From NCBI RefSeq assembly GCF_009914755.1, contig NC_060936.1: a DNA stretch of 64,000 nt; one strand, given 5' to 3'. The stretch comes from the human T2T-CHM13v2.0 reference genome, Homo sapiens. Below are positions 1 to 14,090 of the stretch, in pieces (the stretch's first letter is position 1; each line of letters begins with the position of its first letter). The position numbers and the translations under genes were made by a program. A model generated the notes under the pieces. That model was not told the origin of the DNA. It was given only the letters and a program-made list of their open reading frames with translations, and searched no databases.

Positions 1-2519
1 TAATAGAGTATAAGGATGATAATTTTGTTTTAGGCCATATAAAAGAAATTATGCTTATACAGATTTTTCTGTTTACCTTTTACAGAATAGTTGCATGTAT
101 TTGTTTCTATGTGTGCTGGTTTATTGTAATTTGCTATTTTTTTCAGTAATCTCAATTGCAATGACTTCTTTCTATGTAAAGAGAGAATATTAGTAAATTT
201 GGGACCATTGTTTATAAGTAAGGTTTGCCAAAAGGCTAATACATTCTTTTCTGTAAAAATATAATTTCATGTTTGCATTACGGAAGAATGAATTAACATA
301 TGCAAATCCAATGACATTTTTGTTGGAGATCTTGCTGCATAACCCTATCATCTTGATCTACTTAAAGTGAAGTTTGTCCCTTTGTTTAAGTTCTAATACA
401 ATTGCTAAGCAAGGACCTTTACTTAGGAGGTACTGTGGGGAATACAATTCAGAGATTCTGTGAATAAATTTTTGTCATTAACTTTGTCAATCACACTATA
501 ATTCTTATCATAACTTCTCTCCCGGATGGAGTAGAATGATGTGGTAATTTCCTGCCAAGGTAAAATTGTTGGCCAGGAACTCCCTAACTTCTTAGTTTGC
601 CCCAGCACAAGCCAGCCTGAGAGTTTAGATGCACAGAACCACTAAGATGTTTCAGGTTTTAACTGTCAGGTAGAGGGCCAAAAGCCGTCATAGAACAGCT
701 AAGTATGGCTTGAATATTACTTTTAAGCAGAATACAAAAGGTGCTTGGCCTAATCAGAAAGTACTGCCTTGTCAAGTTTTAAGACTCCCCCAAAACAAGT
801 TACCAGTGTCTATTTAGAATCCAGGAAAAGACACGTAAACTGTGAGCAATTAGGATGATTTTTATATTTTTCTACTATATTTCTTCAACAGTAAATATGA
901 AAGAAATAGGCTTGTATTGCTTGTTTGCAGAATCTCACTCTTCTGTTATTAATCTCATTATTTGCCTAAGTGCTTACTATGTAATCATTAGATGAAGAAG
1001 TATACAACAATAGAAGGAAAATGTATGAATTCTAAACTAAGTTTATCTCTGAAGTCTGTCAATTATACATTTTCTTATTCCCCTAAACGAGGAGAGAATA
1101 TTACTTATAATTACATTATTTAGTTACTAGAAAGAACGGAAAGATCTAAACATAAGGTTCAAAATCATAATTAGATGGTTCCTTGCAGTGAGCTCAGTAA
1201 TCCATAATAATTTGATACAAACTGACATTTGGCTAAACCTGTGACAAGGAAAAAAACAAACTTTCATTGGAAAATAAGTAAATAATCTCCTAGGATCTTG
1301 AAGTATAGGCTAAAATTAAGGGTTTTTCGAGCTGAAGATAAGCTGATAAGTGTTACAGCACTTTCCTCCAGACTTTCAGCAAGCCCACAATCTACAATAG
1401 TCCCTAGTATTCCTTTTATTTTGCTCTATCACTTGCTTTTCTTTTTCTTTTTCTTTTTCTTTTTTTTTAAACTCCCCAGTGACTGAAGACATTTTTCTTA
1501 ACAGGTGATTTTTCAATGAAATGTCATTTTGGCTTTGTGAGTATCCTTAGTGGCATGTACCAAATGACTCATTTCATTTGTGACCAGGGCCAAATTCAAA
1601 TTTAATTTTCCAGAGGGGACAAGTTAATGTATAACCTATTGTGCCACCTGGCATCCTAAATTAAATTTCCTGAACTTTTTTCACTGAGAACAGAATCAGG
1701 TATATTGCTGTGTAAAGGCATTTTCAAGTGTCAGCTGTGACTTTGATCACTCTTATAGTCATATAACCTTTTTGTTAGAACTAATAAATAATAAATACCC
1801 AAGATTCTTAATTTTGAAAATAACAATTGAGTTATTTGGCTCTATGGAATTGCAAATGCCTATATTCTGAACATTACGGAAATACTAGAAGTTTTCACTT
1901 GGACTTTCATTAAAACATCATATATCCAAATGATATGCTTTATGAATACAAACTTAGAGTAAAATTTTAATTTGAAATTCAAACCCAAACAAATTTAATT
2001 CCAAGGATTCCAAAGCCCATGTTCTTCCCACCACATAATATTAGAGTTGCAGGTATTTTATTAATTTTTATGGAATGTGTGTATATCATTAAATTAAACA
2101 GAGAGAAAAGCATTTTAGACCACATCAAAATGGCATCTAGACACAAAGCCCTGGTAACATTTTATATCTGTAGGTTTAAACAAATGAAGTAAAACTCAGA
2201 AGGATTCCATGTGTATGAAATTCTGATTTATTAAGGCCACTTTTTGTCTGGAGTGGCTTGACATGTCACCAGGACACAATAATCATCTCTAGCATAATAT
2301 ATATCCTGTAGCTCACCAATTTACATTCCATTAGTAACTTGCTAATTTTTATACAAATATTCATTTTTCTCTATATGTTTGACTAAACCCAAAATGAGCC
2401 ATTTCAAATAGCTAACAAATATTACACTTTTTAAATTAATTAAATACTGTTTGAATTTATGAATGAATTTTTTTTTAATTTCAGAAGCTGTTACTCCCTT
2501 CCTTATCCTTAACTGGAAG

Positions 2520-2697
2520 TTAAGACTACAGATTCTGAGTTAGACCAAGCTTCAAATTCCAGATATGCCATTTATTTGCGGTGTAACCTTGGAAGATAAT
2601 AATAATGATTTCATTGGCTAATTATGAGAATTAGGCAATTTCATTTGACTAACGCACTTCAAACAACACCCACACATAGTGAATACTCAGAAAACAT
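2520..2697 (+). mobile_element. MIR SINE, degenerate, internally deleted
   Basis: ttcaaattccagatatgccatttatttgcggtgtaaccttgg ... cacatagtgaatactcagaaaa resembles the MIR core and 3' end. Confidence 0.55.
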
Positions 2698-2877
2698 CAA
2701 GAAATACCTGTCTATAATACTTGATTTCTAGTGTATTTATTTTCTCTTTTCCCTCCTTTTTACTTCATTTTTCTGACAAGTGATAAATAATAATTATAAA
2801 AAATTAGAATATATGAAAAATAAAACTCATGGCATCTCCATCTAATCACATGTGCTATAAATATTTGAGAGTGTTGC

Positions 2878-5590
2878 TTCTTTTTTAAAATTTTGTTTTA
2901 GGTTCAGGGGTTCATGTATCGTTTGTCATATAGGTAAACTTGTGTCATGGGAGTTTGGTGTACAGATTATTGCATCACCCAGGTACTAAGCCTAGTACCC
3001 AACAGTGATTTTTTCTGATCCTATTCCTCCTCCTACCCTTGACTCTCAGCTATGCCCTGGTATCTGTTATTCCCTTCTTTGTGTCCATAGGTACTCTATG
3101 TCTAGCTCCCACTTATAAGTGAGAACATGTTATATTTGGTATTCTGTTCCTGTGGTTGCTTGCTAAGGATAATGGCCTCCAGCTCCAAACATGTTCCTGC
3201 AAAGAACATGATCTTGTTCTTTTTTTATGGCTGCACAATATTCCATCTTACATATGTACCATATTTTCTTTATCCAGTTTGCCATTGATGGACATTCAGG
3301 TTGATTCTATGTTTTTGCTATTGTGAATAGTGCTGCAGTAAACATACACATGTAGGTGTCTTTATGGTAGGACAATTTATATTCCTTTGGGTATATACCC
3401 AGTAATTAGATTGCTAGATTGAATGGTAGTTCTGTTTTCAGTTCTTAAAAGGAATCACCACACTGCTTTCCACAATAGTTGAACTAATTTACACTTCCAC
3501 CAGCAGTGTATAAGTGTTCCTTTTTCTCCACAACCTCATCAGCATCTGTTATTTTTTTACTTTAGTAATAGCCATTCTGACAGGTTGAGATGGTATCTCA
3601 TTGTGGTTTTGATTCCATTTCTCTAATTATCAGTGATATTAAGCATTTTTATATACTTGTTGGCCACATGTAGGCCTTATTTTAAAAAGTGTCTGTTCTT
3701 GTCCTTTGCCCACTTTTTAATGGGATTTTCGTTGCTGTTTGTAAATTTAAGTTCTTTGTAAATGCTGGATATTAGATCTTTGTCAGATACATAGTTTGCA
3801 ACTATATTTTTCCCTTCTGTAGACTGTTTACTCTCTTGGTAGTTTCTTTGCTGTGCAGAAGCTCTTTAGTTTAATTAGATCCAATTTGTCAATTTTTGCT
3901 TTTGTTGCAGTTACTTTTGGTGCATTGATCATGAAATCTTTGCCAGTTCCTATGCCATAAATGGTATTGCCTAGGTTATCTTCCAGGGTTTGTATAGTGA
4001 TGGGTTTTACATTTAATCTTTAATCCATCTTGAGTTGATTTTCATAGATGGTGTAAGAAGGGGTCCAGTTTCAATCTTCTCCATATAGTTACCCAGTTAT
4101 CCCAGTGCTATTTTTTGCATATGGGGCCTTTTCCCCACTGCTTGTTTTTGTAAGCTTTGTCAAAGATCAGATGGTTGTAGGTGTATGGCATTATTTCTGG
4201 GTTCTCTATTCTGTTTTGTTAGTCTATGTGTCTATTTTTATACCAGTACCTTGCTGTTTGGGTTACTGTAGCCCTGTAGTACAGTTTGAAGTTGGGTAAC
4301 ATAATGCCTCCAGCTTTGTTCTTTTGATTACCTAGGCTATTTGGGCTCTTTTTTGGTTCCATTTGTATTTTAAAATAATTTTTTCTAATTCTGTGAAGAA
4401 AATGTCATTGGTAGTTTGATAGGAATAGCACTGAATCTGTAAGTTGCTTTGGGCAGTATAGCCATTGTAACAATATTGAGTCTTCCTATTCATGAGCATG
4501 AAATGTTTGTCTGCTTTTTGTGTCATCTCTGATTTCTTTGAACAGTGTTTTGTAATTTTTCTTGTAGGGATCTTTCACTTCCCTGGTTAACTGTATTCCT
4601 AGGTATTTTACTCTTTTTATGACAATTGTCACTGGGATTGTGTTCTTGATTTGGCTCTTGGTTTTGATGTTGCTGATGTATAGAAATGCTACTAATTTTT
4701 GTATGTTGATTTTGTATCCTGAAACTTTGTTGAAGTTGTTTGTCAGCTGAAGGAGCTATTAAGCAGAGACTTTGGGGTTTTCTAGATATAGAAGCATGTC
4801 ATCTGCAAACAGAGATAGTTTGACTTTCTCTCATCCTATTTGAATGCCTTTTATTTCTTTCTCTTGCCTGATTGCTCTGACTAGGACTTCCAATACTATG
4901 TTGAATAGAAGTGGTGAGAGACGACATACTTGTCTTGTGCCAGTTTTCAAGGGGAATGATTCCAGCTTTTGCCCATTCAGTATGCTGTTGGTTGTAGCTT
5001 TGTCATAGATGGCTCTTATTGTTTCAAAATATCTTCATTCACTACCTGGTTTATTGAAGGTTTTTTAACATGAAAGGATGTTGAATTTTATCAAAACCTT
5101 TTTATGTATATATTGAAATAATCACGTGCTTTTTTGTCTTCAGTTTTGTTTCTGTGATGAGTCACATTTATTGATTTGTGTATATCAAACCAACCTTGCA
5201 TCCCAGGAATAAAGCCTACTTGATCATGGTAGATAAACTTTTGTGCTGCTAGATCTGGTTTGCTAGTATTTTGTTCAGTATTTTTGCATCAGTGGTCATC
5301 AACAACATTGGCCTGAAGTTTTATTTCTTTGTTGTGTCTCTGCCAGGTTTTGGTATCATTATGATGCTGGCTTCATAGAATGAGTGGGGAAGGAGTCCCT
5401 CCTCCTCAATTTTTTGGAATAGTATCAGTAAAAATGGTATCAGCTCTTCTTTGCAAATCTGGTAGTATTCGACTGTGAATCTATCTTGTCCTGGAGTATT
5501 TTTGGTTAGTAGATTGTTTATTACTGATTCAATTTCAGAGCTCATTGTTTGTCTGTTCAGGGATTAAATTTCTTCCTGGTTTTTCCTAGG
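2878..5590 (-). mobile_element. 5'-truncated LINE-1 (older L1PA, about L1PA13-16): 3' UTR plus ORF2 up to the RT domain
   Basis: 3' UTR signature ggtaaacttgtgtcatggg...tacagattattgcatcacccaggtactaagcctagtaccc; ORF 5321-5545 ([11 protein letters not shown]...[19 protein letters not shown]) is the start of L1 ORF2 RT; frames disrupted. Confidence 0.95.
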
Positions 5591-5814
5591 AGTACATACA
5601 CACACTGTTATGATCACATTGCAAATATGATTCTTGGTCTTGCCTTATTCATATAATATTACAACAACAACAAAATATTTTCTAAGAAACATGTAGACAT
5701 CATTTTAAATATCCACATAATGGTTTAAATTATTAATATATACTAAGTTATCTAACTATATTTCTATTATAGAGCATTTAGTTTATTTTTATCTTTTTAT
5801 CATTATAGTTAGTG

Positions 5815-6105
5815 TCATGATTCATTCATTCACCAACTAAGAGTGTTCTCTAGCCAGGAGATACGGTAGAAAACAAAAGATGGAGAATCCCTACCTTTGT
5901 GAAGCTAATACTGTGGCTGGGGAAGAAATAATATAGACACAGATAAAAACTTCTATATACATATAAATAAATGGCATGGGCTACAAAGAATACTAAGGCA
6001 AGACATAGATATAAAAGGTAATGGGGAGGCTCTCTTTTAGACAAGGGTGAATTGAGAAAGCTTCTCTGAAGGGGAGATAGTTGAACAGACACCTGAATGC
6101 AATCC
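5815..6105 (-). mobile_element. L2 LINE 3' fragment
   Basis: attcattcattcacc tail, then gaaagcttctctgaaggggagatagttgaacagacacctgaatg, typical of antisense L2. Confidence 0.65.
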
Positions 6106-7387
6106 TGATGAAATCATAAAAATATTAGTGCATAAAATGTCTCATTATAATTTTTTTAGTATATATGTACATTTATACATAGATGAAAAATCAATAGGTG
6201 CAAAAATCCTAAATATTTTCATGCCGTATCCTAAAGGCACTCCCCAGCAAGCATTAATATAAGCAAATCAATAACATGATAACAGCAAAATAAACATATT
6301 TGACTCACTGGTTGATAGATGACAGGTTCAAAATATGGCTCATAGAGTTACATGATTACTCAGGCCAATTTTCTTGTCTGGCAGGTTACAAGTCATGGAT
6401 CTGAAAAGGGAATTTGGCTTTATATTTCTCAGCAAAATCGTCATCATCTATTTATAAAATATGGTCAACATCCATGGGTATGATTCTAACAGGCTCATCT
6501 GCTTGGGTTCAAACTATTGGCAACAGCATATCTACATATTATTATACCTATAAAACAACTTAGACTCTCCTGTGGAATCTCAGTAGACAGAAACCTGTTA
6601 TATTCAGCAATCTATAACCTGCAAAGAATTTCTTCTGACAGTCAAGGTGCATAATGGAGGCTGCCTTTGCTTAGAATTTTACATAATCACTGACAGTCAG
6701 CCTTCCTGTAGAAGTTCCCATATTCAGCGCTTCAGCCCTTTGATCATAATGCAATAGGACACATGTCAGAAATTATATTTCTATAAAGTGAAATAAATCT
6801 TGTTCTTTAACCCAGAAATGACTATAAACATTACCTTCATGCAAATTTCACTCATATGCATATATTCAGCTTCTGTAAGGAGAACACTGAATGACAATTA
6901 GGTAGTGGTATTTTTAATTGAAGACAAGATTAAATTTTACTTAGCAGATTCTCAAATAGTACAAGCTCAAAACTTTCATCTATATTCTATAGTAAAAACA
7001 CAACCCTTTGACCTCAAAGCATTTCAGGTTTTTAAATTTTTCTTTGACTGAAAGAAAAAGTGAAATTAATTTGGATAAGTCCTCTTGATGGAAAAAATTC
7101 ATACAATATTTATATATCTGTTCTGTTCTTTAGTAGTGTGTTTATATATTTAGAGATAAAACCCAGAATTTCTTTTTTAGTTTTTTTGTTTGTTTGTTTG
7201 TTTGTTTACAATGTAGTACTATAGGAGCTCAAAAAACCTAAACAAAGCCTTAGGTGCATATACAAGGCTCAAATTGGAGATATGAGGGATTTAAGACTGG
7301 GCAATGGTAAGAAAGAGGAAAAGTAATGAAATGAGAACATACCTAAAAACACTAGGGAAGAATTTGTGGTAAGAATGGGCAGATAAG

Positions 7388-7707
<320 letters not shown>

Positions 7708-7939
7708 TTAGAAGTACCATGAGAAGGAGAAAGCAGAAAAGGAGGTAGGTGGAAAAAAAGACATAAAGAGTAGATAGAAATAGAAGCAAGAAGAAAGGGA
7801 AGAGAAAAGAAGTATTAGTAGAGAGGATTATATCAGCCCTCAACAAAAAAGAGGTATCAAGAAGGGAAAAGAGGAGAAAGTTAGAGGCAAAGGAAAGATA
7901 AATTCCAAGACTGAAAGTTACATAATACAACTACAACTA

Positions 7940-8004
7940 GGGATGGATGGATGGATGGTTAGATAGATGCATAGATAGATTAGATAGATAGATAGATGAT
8001 AGAT

Positions 8005-8042
<38 letters not shown>

Positions 8043-8056
8043 CAGATAGATAGATA
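7940..8056 (+). repeat. Compound (GGAT)n/(GATA)n tetranucleotide microsatellite
   Basis: ggatggatggatggatgg...tagatagatagata visible directly. Confidence 0.97.
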
Positions 8057-9722
8057 AACTATCTCGTAAAGATACACAGCTGTCTCAGAGAACACAATAT
8101 GTGGAAGTTCAACCAGGTCTTTCCAGGAATTAACACCAGGACTAGAAAGCTGATAATTTCAAGACCTTATAGTCTTAATTGTATGTACTTGCTCCCTTCT
8201 TCTCTTTCTGCAGTTTGGCTTCTAGTTAGAAGTTTTGTTTTCTCACAGTTGCCAGTTTTTCATCTATTCAGTATGACCAACATCAGAGACTGGCTAGGAT
8301 TACGAATTTTAATCCTCGACTTACCCAAAAGGCAGCTCTGCTTTGGGCCAGCCACCCCTGCAGGAGAGCCTACCACCAGAGAAATAAGGAGAAAATATAA
8401 TATCCATGAGTATTCTTAGAAGTAAGGGAAGAGGAATGGCTTACCCCTACCTACAACATTCCAAATTAGTGAACTCATATGATGAGTGAGGTGCATTAAC
8501 TAATATTGAAACAAAATATAAATGAATAGTGAGAAAAAATGAGATCGAAAAATTTTTACTAAATTTTGTTTTAAGTAAAGATTTAAATTTACTCACTAAT
8601 AATGCCATTGATTTCTGCTTGTAACTAATACATTATTACTGTTTTTATTTATTTCTTAATGATAGCAATTAAAGCTTTGGTTATAATTCTCCTACATTAA
8701 TTTAGTGGAAGCTTTCCAACAGTAATCTATTAAATTGTCCCTGTTAAATTAGCATGATGGACTTTTAATGGATCTCTTAATAAACATTATGATGATCAAA
8801 AATATTGTGAAATCAAAATCACTCTCAATGACATTTCTGACTTTGTGTAGTAACAGTCCTCAAAGTCACGGATTCTGGTCCTCTGAGAAATATCTCAAAA
8901 TCCATTATTAAAAAATTTCTGTACTGCTAGCAAGAAAAATGACAAGCGAACATAGACTAGGTCACGTTTAACAAGATTTTTTTAAAGAAATAAGCTCTTT
9001 AATTAGCTAATTTAAAGTTTTCATTATGATTCTCCAATTCTATGATCTTTCCCAATAAAATAGAGATAGAAGAGATGAGATTTGATTTTGAATTAAAGGA
9101 GTATAATAGATGGGCCATCTATTTGTATTTGTAAACTTCATGTCTTGGGATCATGTGTTCAATGATTTGGATCACCCATAAAGGCAAATCTTGAGGAGTT
9201 TAATTTAACCTAATTTCAAAAACGACATTTCCTCTAGGATATAGATTCTTAAGACCTTCATGTACAGCCAGCAGCTATTTCCCTTTGCTTCTGTGGAAAC
9301 AGACAACAAGACTCCTTGAATTAGCAAAAGCTAGAGAACTTCAATAATTTAACCTGGCTTGTGTCATGAAAAAAAAAAAAAAAAAAAAAACCCGCTAAGC
9401 TGCATGCTTACAGTCTCTGAGGATATATTTTAAAGAAACTTCTGCAAGTGGTTGAAAGTTGTGCTCTATGCAGCTGCAGTAAGACAATGAAAACTGCTTA
9501 CCTTGGGAACAATGACTATACCATGCTTATATCATCTGTGTTCTACTTAAATAGTTTACATTGCTGAAGGGGTAGCAAGGCTCATTGTTATGTTTCTTTC
9601 TTGCCACCATCATTTCCTATACTCACTGGGTATTTATTGCGAGGAAAGCAAATAGTTTTTATTTGAAATTTTCATTAGATTTTTATTATTTGTGTAATAT
9701 ATTTTCACCAAAGAAAATGTAA

Positions 9723-10130
<408 letters not shown>

Positions 10131-10489
10131 TAAGACATATTTATATGAGAATATTTGTTTTGCTTTGTTTTATTTTCCCTCATTATTCATTTAGTTCATT
10201 CATATATAAAGAATATTTCAAATGCATTAAACTTATAATTTCTAATGAACTACAAATGTTATAGAAAATTTTTTTAAAAATGAAAGAAATATAATAAATT
10301 GGAAATACTATATATCATTGCTCTCAGAGACAACTACTATGAATATTTTAAGATAAATATTTCATTTTCCCAATTTGTATTCTGAATAATTGAAATAACT
10401 GAATAATATATTAAGAACATACCCCATGTCAGTAAATGTGGAGAAACATCAATAGCATAGTGACCCAAAACATCATTTCTAGAATCACT

Positions 10490-10620
10490 TTTCCTGGTTT
10501 TCTGAATTAAGACTACCACTCAGTTGTGGACAACGGGACAAATTGCTTAACTTTATTGAACCTCATCTCTTTAATGGGGAATAAAGCACTACCTACCACA
10601 TATGGCTATTGTAAAGTAAC
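10490..10620 (+). mobile_element. MIR fragment within old L1ME-like sequence
   Basis: gggacaaattgcttaactttattgaacctcatct...aatggggaataa...ctacctacc. Confidence 0.5.
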
Positions 10621-11770
10621 TAGTACATGGCATTTATATAACTAGTACATAGTATTTTATATAATACTATATAACTTGATACAATATTATACCACTAGTA
10701 TATATTATTTTAGGTCACATTGTATATTATAACATAAAATCTTATATTTTTATTACTATTACTGCATACTTTGTCAAATGAATAGCTATACTATGAACTA
10801 TTTAATCAATTCAATTTTGATGGACTTTCATAGCATTTCCAATTTGTCACTATTAAATAGAATGCCTGTGATAAAAATCTTTAGACATATTCCTTTTTCA
10901 ATTACCAAATTATTTTGCACAAAATGGAAAGATAAGTCCAAGATTATTCATTTGAAATAATTTCAGAAAATACAAAACTTTAAAATTTTAAATCTTATTA
11001 ATTACATGCGAGTATAAATAAAACTATGAATAAACACAAAAAGTATCAGAACTCTTCTTGGTGTCAACAAATGCCATTATTTATAACTTGCATGGAGGAA
11101 CAAAAGGACTCACAATCTTTCAGAAACTTATCTGTTCATAAATAGAAGAATTTTTTTCTTGCCAAATTTCTTCTAGAAAGTTTATACCATATATCTTACA
11201 TCACGTATTTTCTGTTTAAAATATTCAAACAAATATTTAAACAAAAATAAAAACCATGTAACATAAATTTATAAGTAACTGTCAGTGTGTAAATATTTCG
11301 TGTTCAAGGGTTTATTTTAAATTTGTTATTTGTTTTTTGGAACTCATCTTTCCAACTGAGGGAGTGATAGACATAATGTAGTGATTTTCAGGCTACCCCC
11401 CCAAAGACTTTATAAATCATGCTGTGTCTGAAACACATAATTTTACAATTTGTTATAATCTAATATTGAAACAAAAAATTCATGGTGCAAGGAGAATAAA
11501 ATTTATATTTCTCACAATACTTGATACAGCCACTAGATACTTGCGAAGGGTGTTGACTCTCAGAGAAAGTCTATCAAGCTGGTTCTTTTGGGTTTTGTAA
11601 AGGAAAAAAATGGAAAAAGATAGAATAATGGAAATGAGAGAGACATAAAGAAAGCTTAGGATTAGAAGACATTCCGCTAAAAATAATATAAAATTTTGGA
11701 AAGAGATGGAAGAAGAAAAATAAATCAGTAGCTTTAGGATAATGATTGATTTTTCCTGATGGTCTCCAGG

Positions 11771-12346
11771 GCAATTCCTCAAGGACCCAGAGGCAGAAAT
11801 ACTATTTGACCCAGCAATCCCATTACTGGGTATATACCCAAAGGAATATAAATCATTCTATTATAAAGAGACATGTACGCATATGTTTATTGCAGCACTA
11901 TTCATATAGCAAAGACATGGAATCAACCTAAATGCCCATCAGTGATAGACAGGATAAAGAAACTATGCATAGAAAGAAATGAGTTAATGTCCTTTGCATT
12001 GACATGGATGGAGGTGGAAGCCATCATTTTCAGCAAACTAACACAGGAACAGAAAACCAAATACCGCGTTTTCTCACTTATTAGTGAGAGGTGAATGATA
12101 AGAACACATGGACTCATGCGAGCAAGAAACATACACTGGGGCCTGTCGGAGGAGGCTGGGGGATGGGAGGAAGGAGAGCAGCAGGAAGAATAGCTAATGG
12201 GCTATTCAGAATAGCTAATGCTAGGCTTAATACCTAGGTGAGGGGATGATTCATGCAGCAAGCCACCATGGCACATGTTTACCTGTGTAACGATCCTGCA
12301 CATCCTGCATATGTACCACTGAACTTAAAATAAAAGTTGGAGAAAG
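11771..12346 (+). mobile_element. L1PA 3' end (ORF2 C-terminus plus 3' UTR, about L1PA8-13)
   Basis: gacccagcaatcccattactgggtatatacccaaagg; ORF fragment AKTWNQPKCPS; gcttaatacctaggtg; gaacttaaaataaaag. Confidence 0.95.
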
Positions 12347-12699
12347 AAGAACCTGAGTAACGCAAGAAAAATGAACAAAATTTCTTCTAGAAATTTTATA
12401 CCATATCAAATTTTATACCATTTTTTAATATGTTTAGTAGAACATGTATTTTTATATCTTTTAATTTTTTTCAAAATAAGCAAATAGAGAATGGCCTATA
12501 GGGAGAAAAAGAGAAAAGACATGACAAAGAAAAAGTAGAAAATGACAAACGTTACAAATAAATTGAAATAATTACTAATTATAATTATAGATGGACTTAG
12601 TTATTTAGTTAAAAAATAAAGTGGTTCTCAGAGGAACATGTATAGCCTCAAATGTTTATGTTTTAAAAAAAGTAATGACCATAAATTAAGAGGCCAAAT

Positions 12700-13010
12700 C
12701 TTTATTATTTTCTCCTTCCTTCTCCCTCCCTTTCAGATGGCATCTTTGGCCACGGATGCATGTCTTTCATGGTTCCTCTCTGAGGTCTCAGCTCTCGCTG
12801 GACGGCCTTCACAGCAAGAGGAACCAGGGAGCTTGGCTCCTCATAGGTGGTAGTTGTTTCCTGATGCTGTGGAGCTCTAGATTCTCTCAGCTTCCCTGTA
12901 TGGCCCTTCAAGTTTTTCAACCTTTGCAGCCACTTGGCTCTTTGAAATGTCTGCTGTTGAACTACTTGGAACACACTCTAGTTTTGCTGACTGTATCCTT
13001 AGAGATAGAA
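12700..13010 (+). mobile_element. Probable old ERVL-type LTR remnant
   Basis: More GC-rich patch whose end (ctctagttttgctgactgtatcctt) resembles LTR16/33/41-type 3' ends. Confidence 0.3.
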
Positions 13011-13059
13011 GAAGGATTTCCCACAATTCCCTCCCCACTCAGCGCCACAAAATAGTCCA

Positions 13060-14090
13060 CAAATGATTGTAAAATTCACCACATTAAAATATATATATCC
13101 TTTTTTATCAAAAACAGTGAAAATGAAAGACAAAAATGACAAGATACATGCAACACATATAAATGATTAGTACCCAAAATATGTATAAACATCTATAATA
13201 AGCCAAATTAATAACTATATAAGAAAATGCCATAGATAAGGGAATTCTAATAGAACATTTGAATGGCCCATAAACATATCATAAGCTTAAGTCTATTAGT
13301 GAACATGAAAATGCAAATTAAAATAGCATCATTTTATACTCACTAGATAGAAAAAAAACTTTAATCTCCCAATATTAACTGTTGACAAGGATGAAAAGCA
13401 ACCTGAAAATTATACAGTTCTGGAGGCAGTACAAACTGATTTAACCAATTTCAAAAACAATTTAACATTCTATAGTAAACTTAAGATTGCATGTAACCTC
13501 AGACTAATGTTATCTGATTTTTAGAAGTACATACTCAAAAAATCCTCCATGCTTGCAACAAAAAATATGTGTAAAATTGTTCCCAACAACAACACAGACG
13601 TAGCACAAAAAAGCAAATGTACTTCATTTGAGAATCACACAATAAATCACGATATATTCACATAATGGAGTAATATACAGCAGAAAATAAATGACTTGCA
13701 GCAACACTCAACAGTATGAACTGATCTCAGCAACTCAAAATTGAGTAATAAATCATAAAATGATAGAGCAGAAATTTAATTATATAAAGTTGTACAAAAT
13801 GTTTAAATGTACAATTAAATAATGTATTGTTTAATGATACGAAGATGTGGTAAACTATAAAGAAAACTATAAATATGTAGGGGACTATTAGGCAGCAACT
13901 TCTGGGCAGTGGTAATCTCTGACGGGGGATGCAGTGGCTTGGGTCAAGGAGGGGCATACAGAAAGCTTTAAAGGTAAAAGTATTTGTTTTGGTCAACTAA
14001 ATAGTGTGTAAAAATTGGATGATATTTTCATTGTATATTATTATAATTTACATATGCTTGTAAATATTTATCTGTATCTATGCAACAGGT
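13060..14090 (+). mobile_element. Ancient L1M (L1ME-like) 3' region
   Basis: gaatggcccataaacat...gaaaatgcaaattaaaa...gttgacaaggatg...atattcacataatggagtaatatacagc. Confidence 0.75.

Noticed and set aside
8789-8840. ATGATGA ... CTGA pair resembling C/D-box snoRNA motifs
   Set aside because: Only ~52 nt, no terminal stem, no evident host intron; chance-level motifs
12711-12850. Strong-looking acceptor (pyrimidine tract + cag|ATG at 12737) followed by a short ORF
   Set aside because: No good donor, no upstream + strand promoter seen, and the region looks like an LTR remnant
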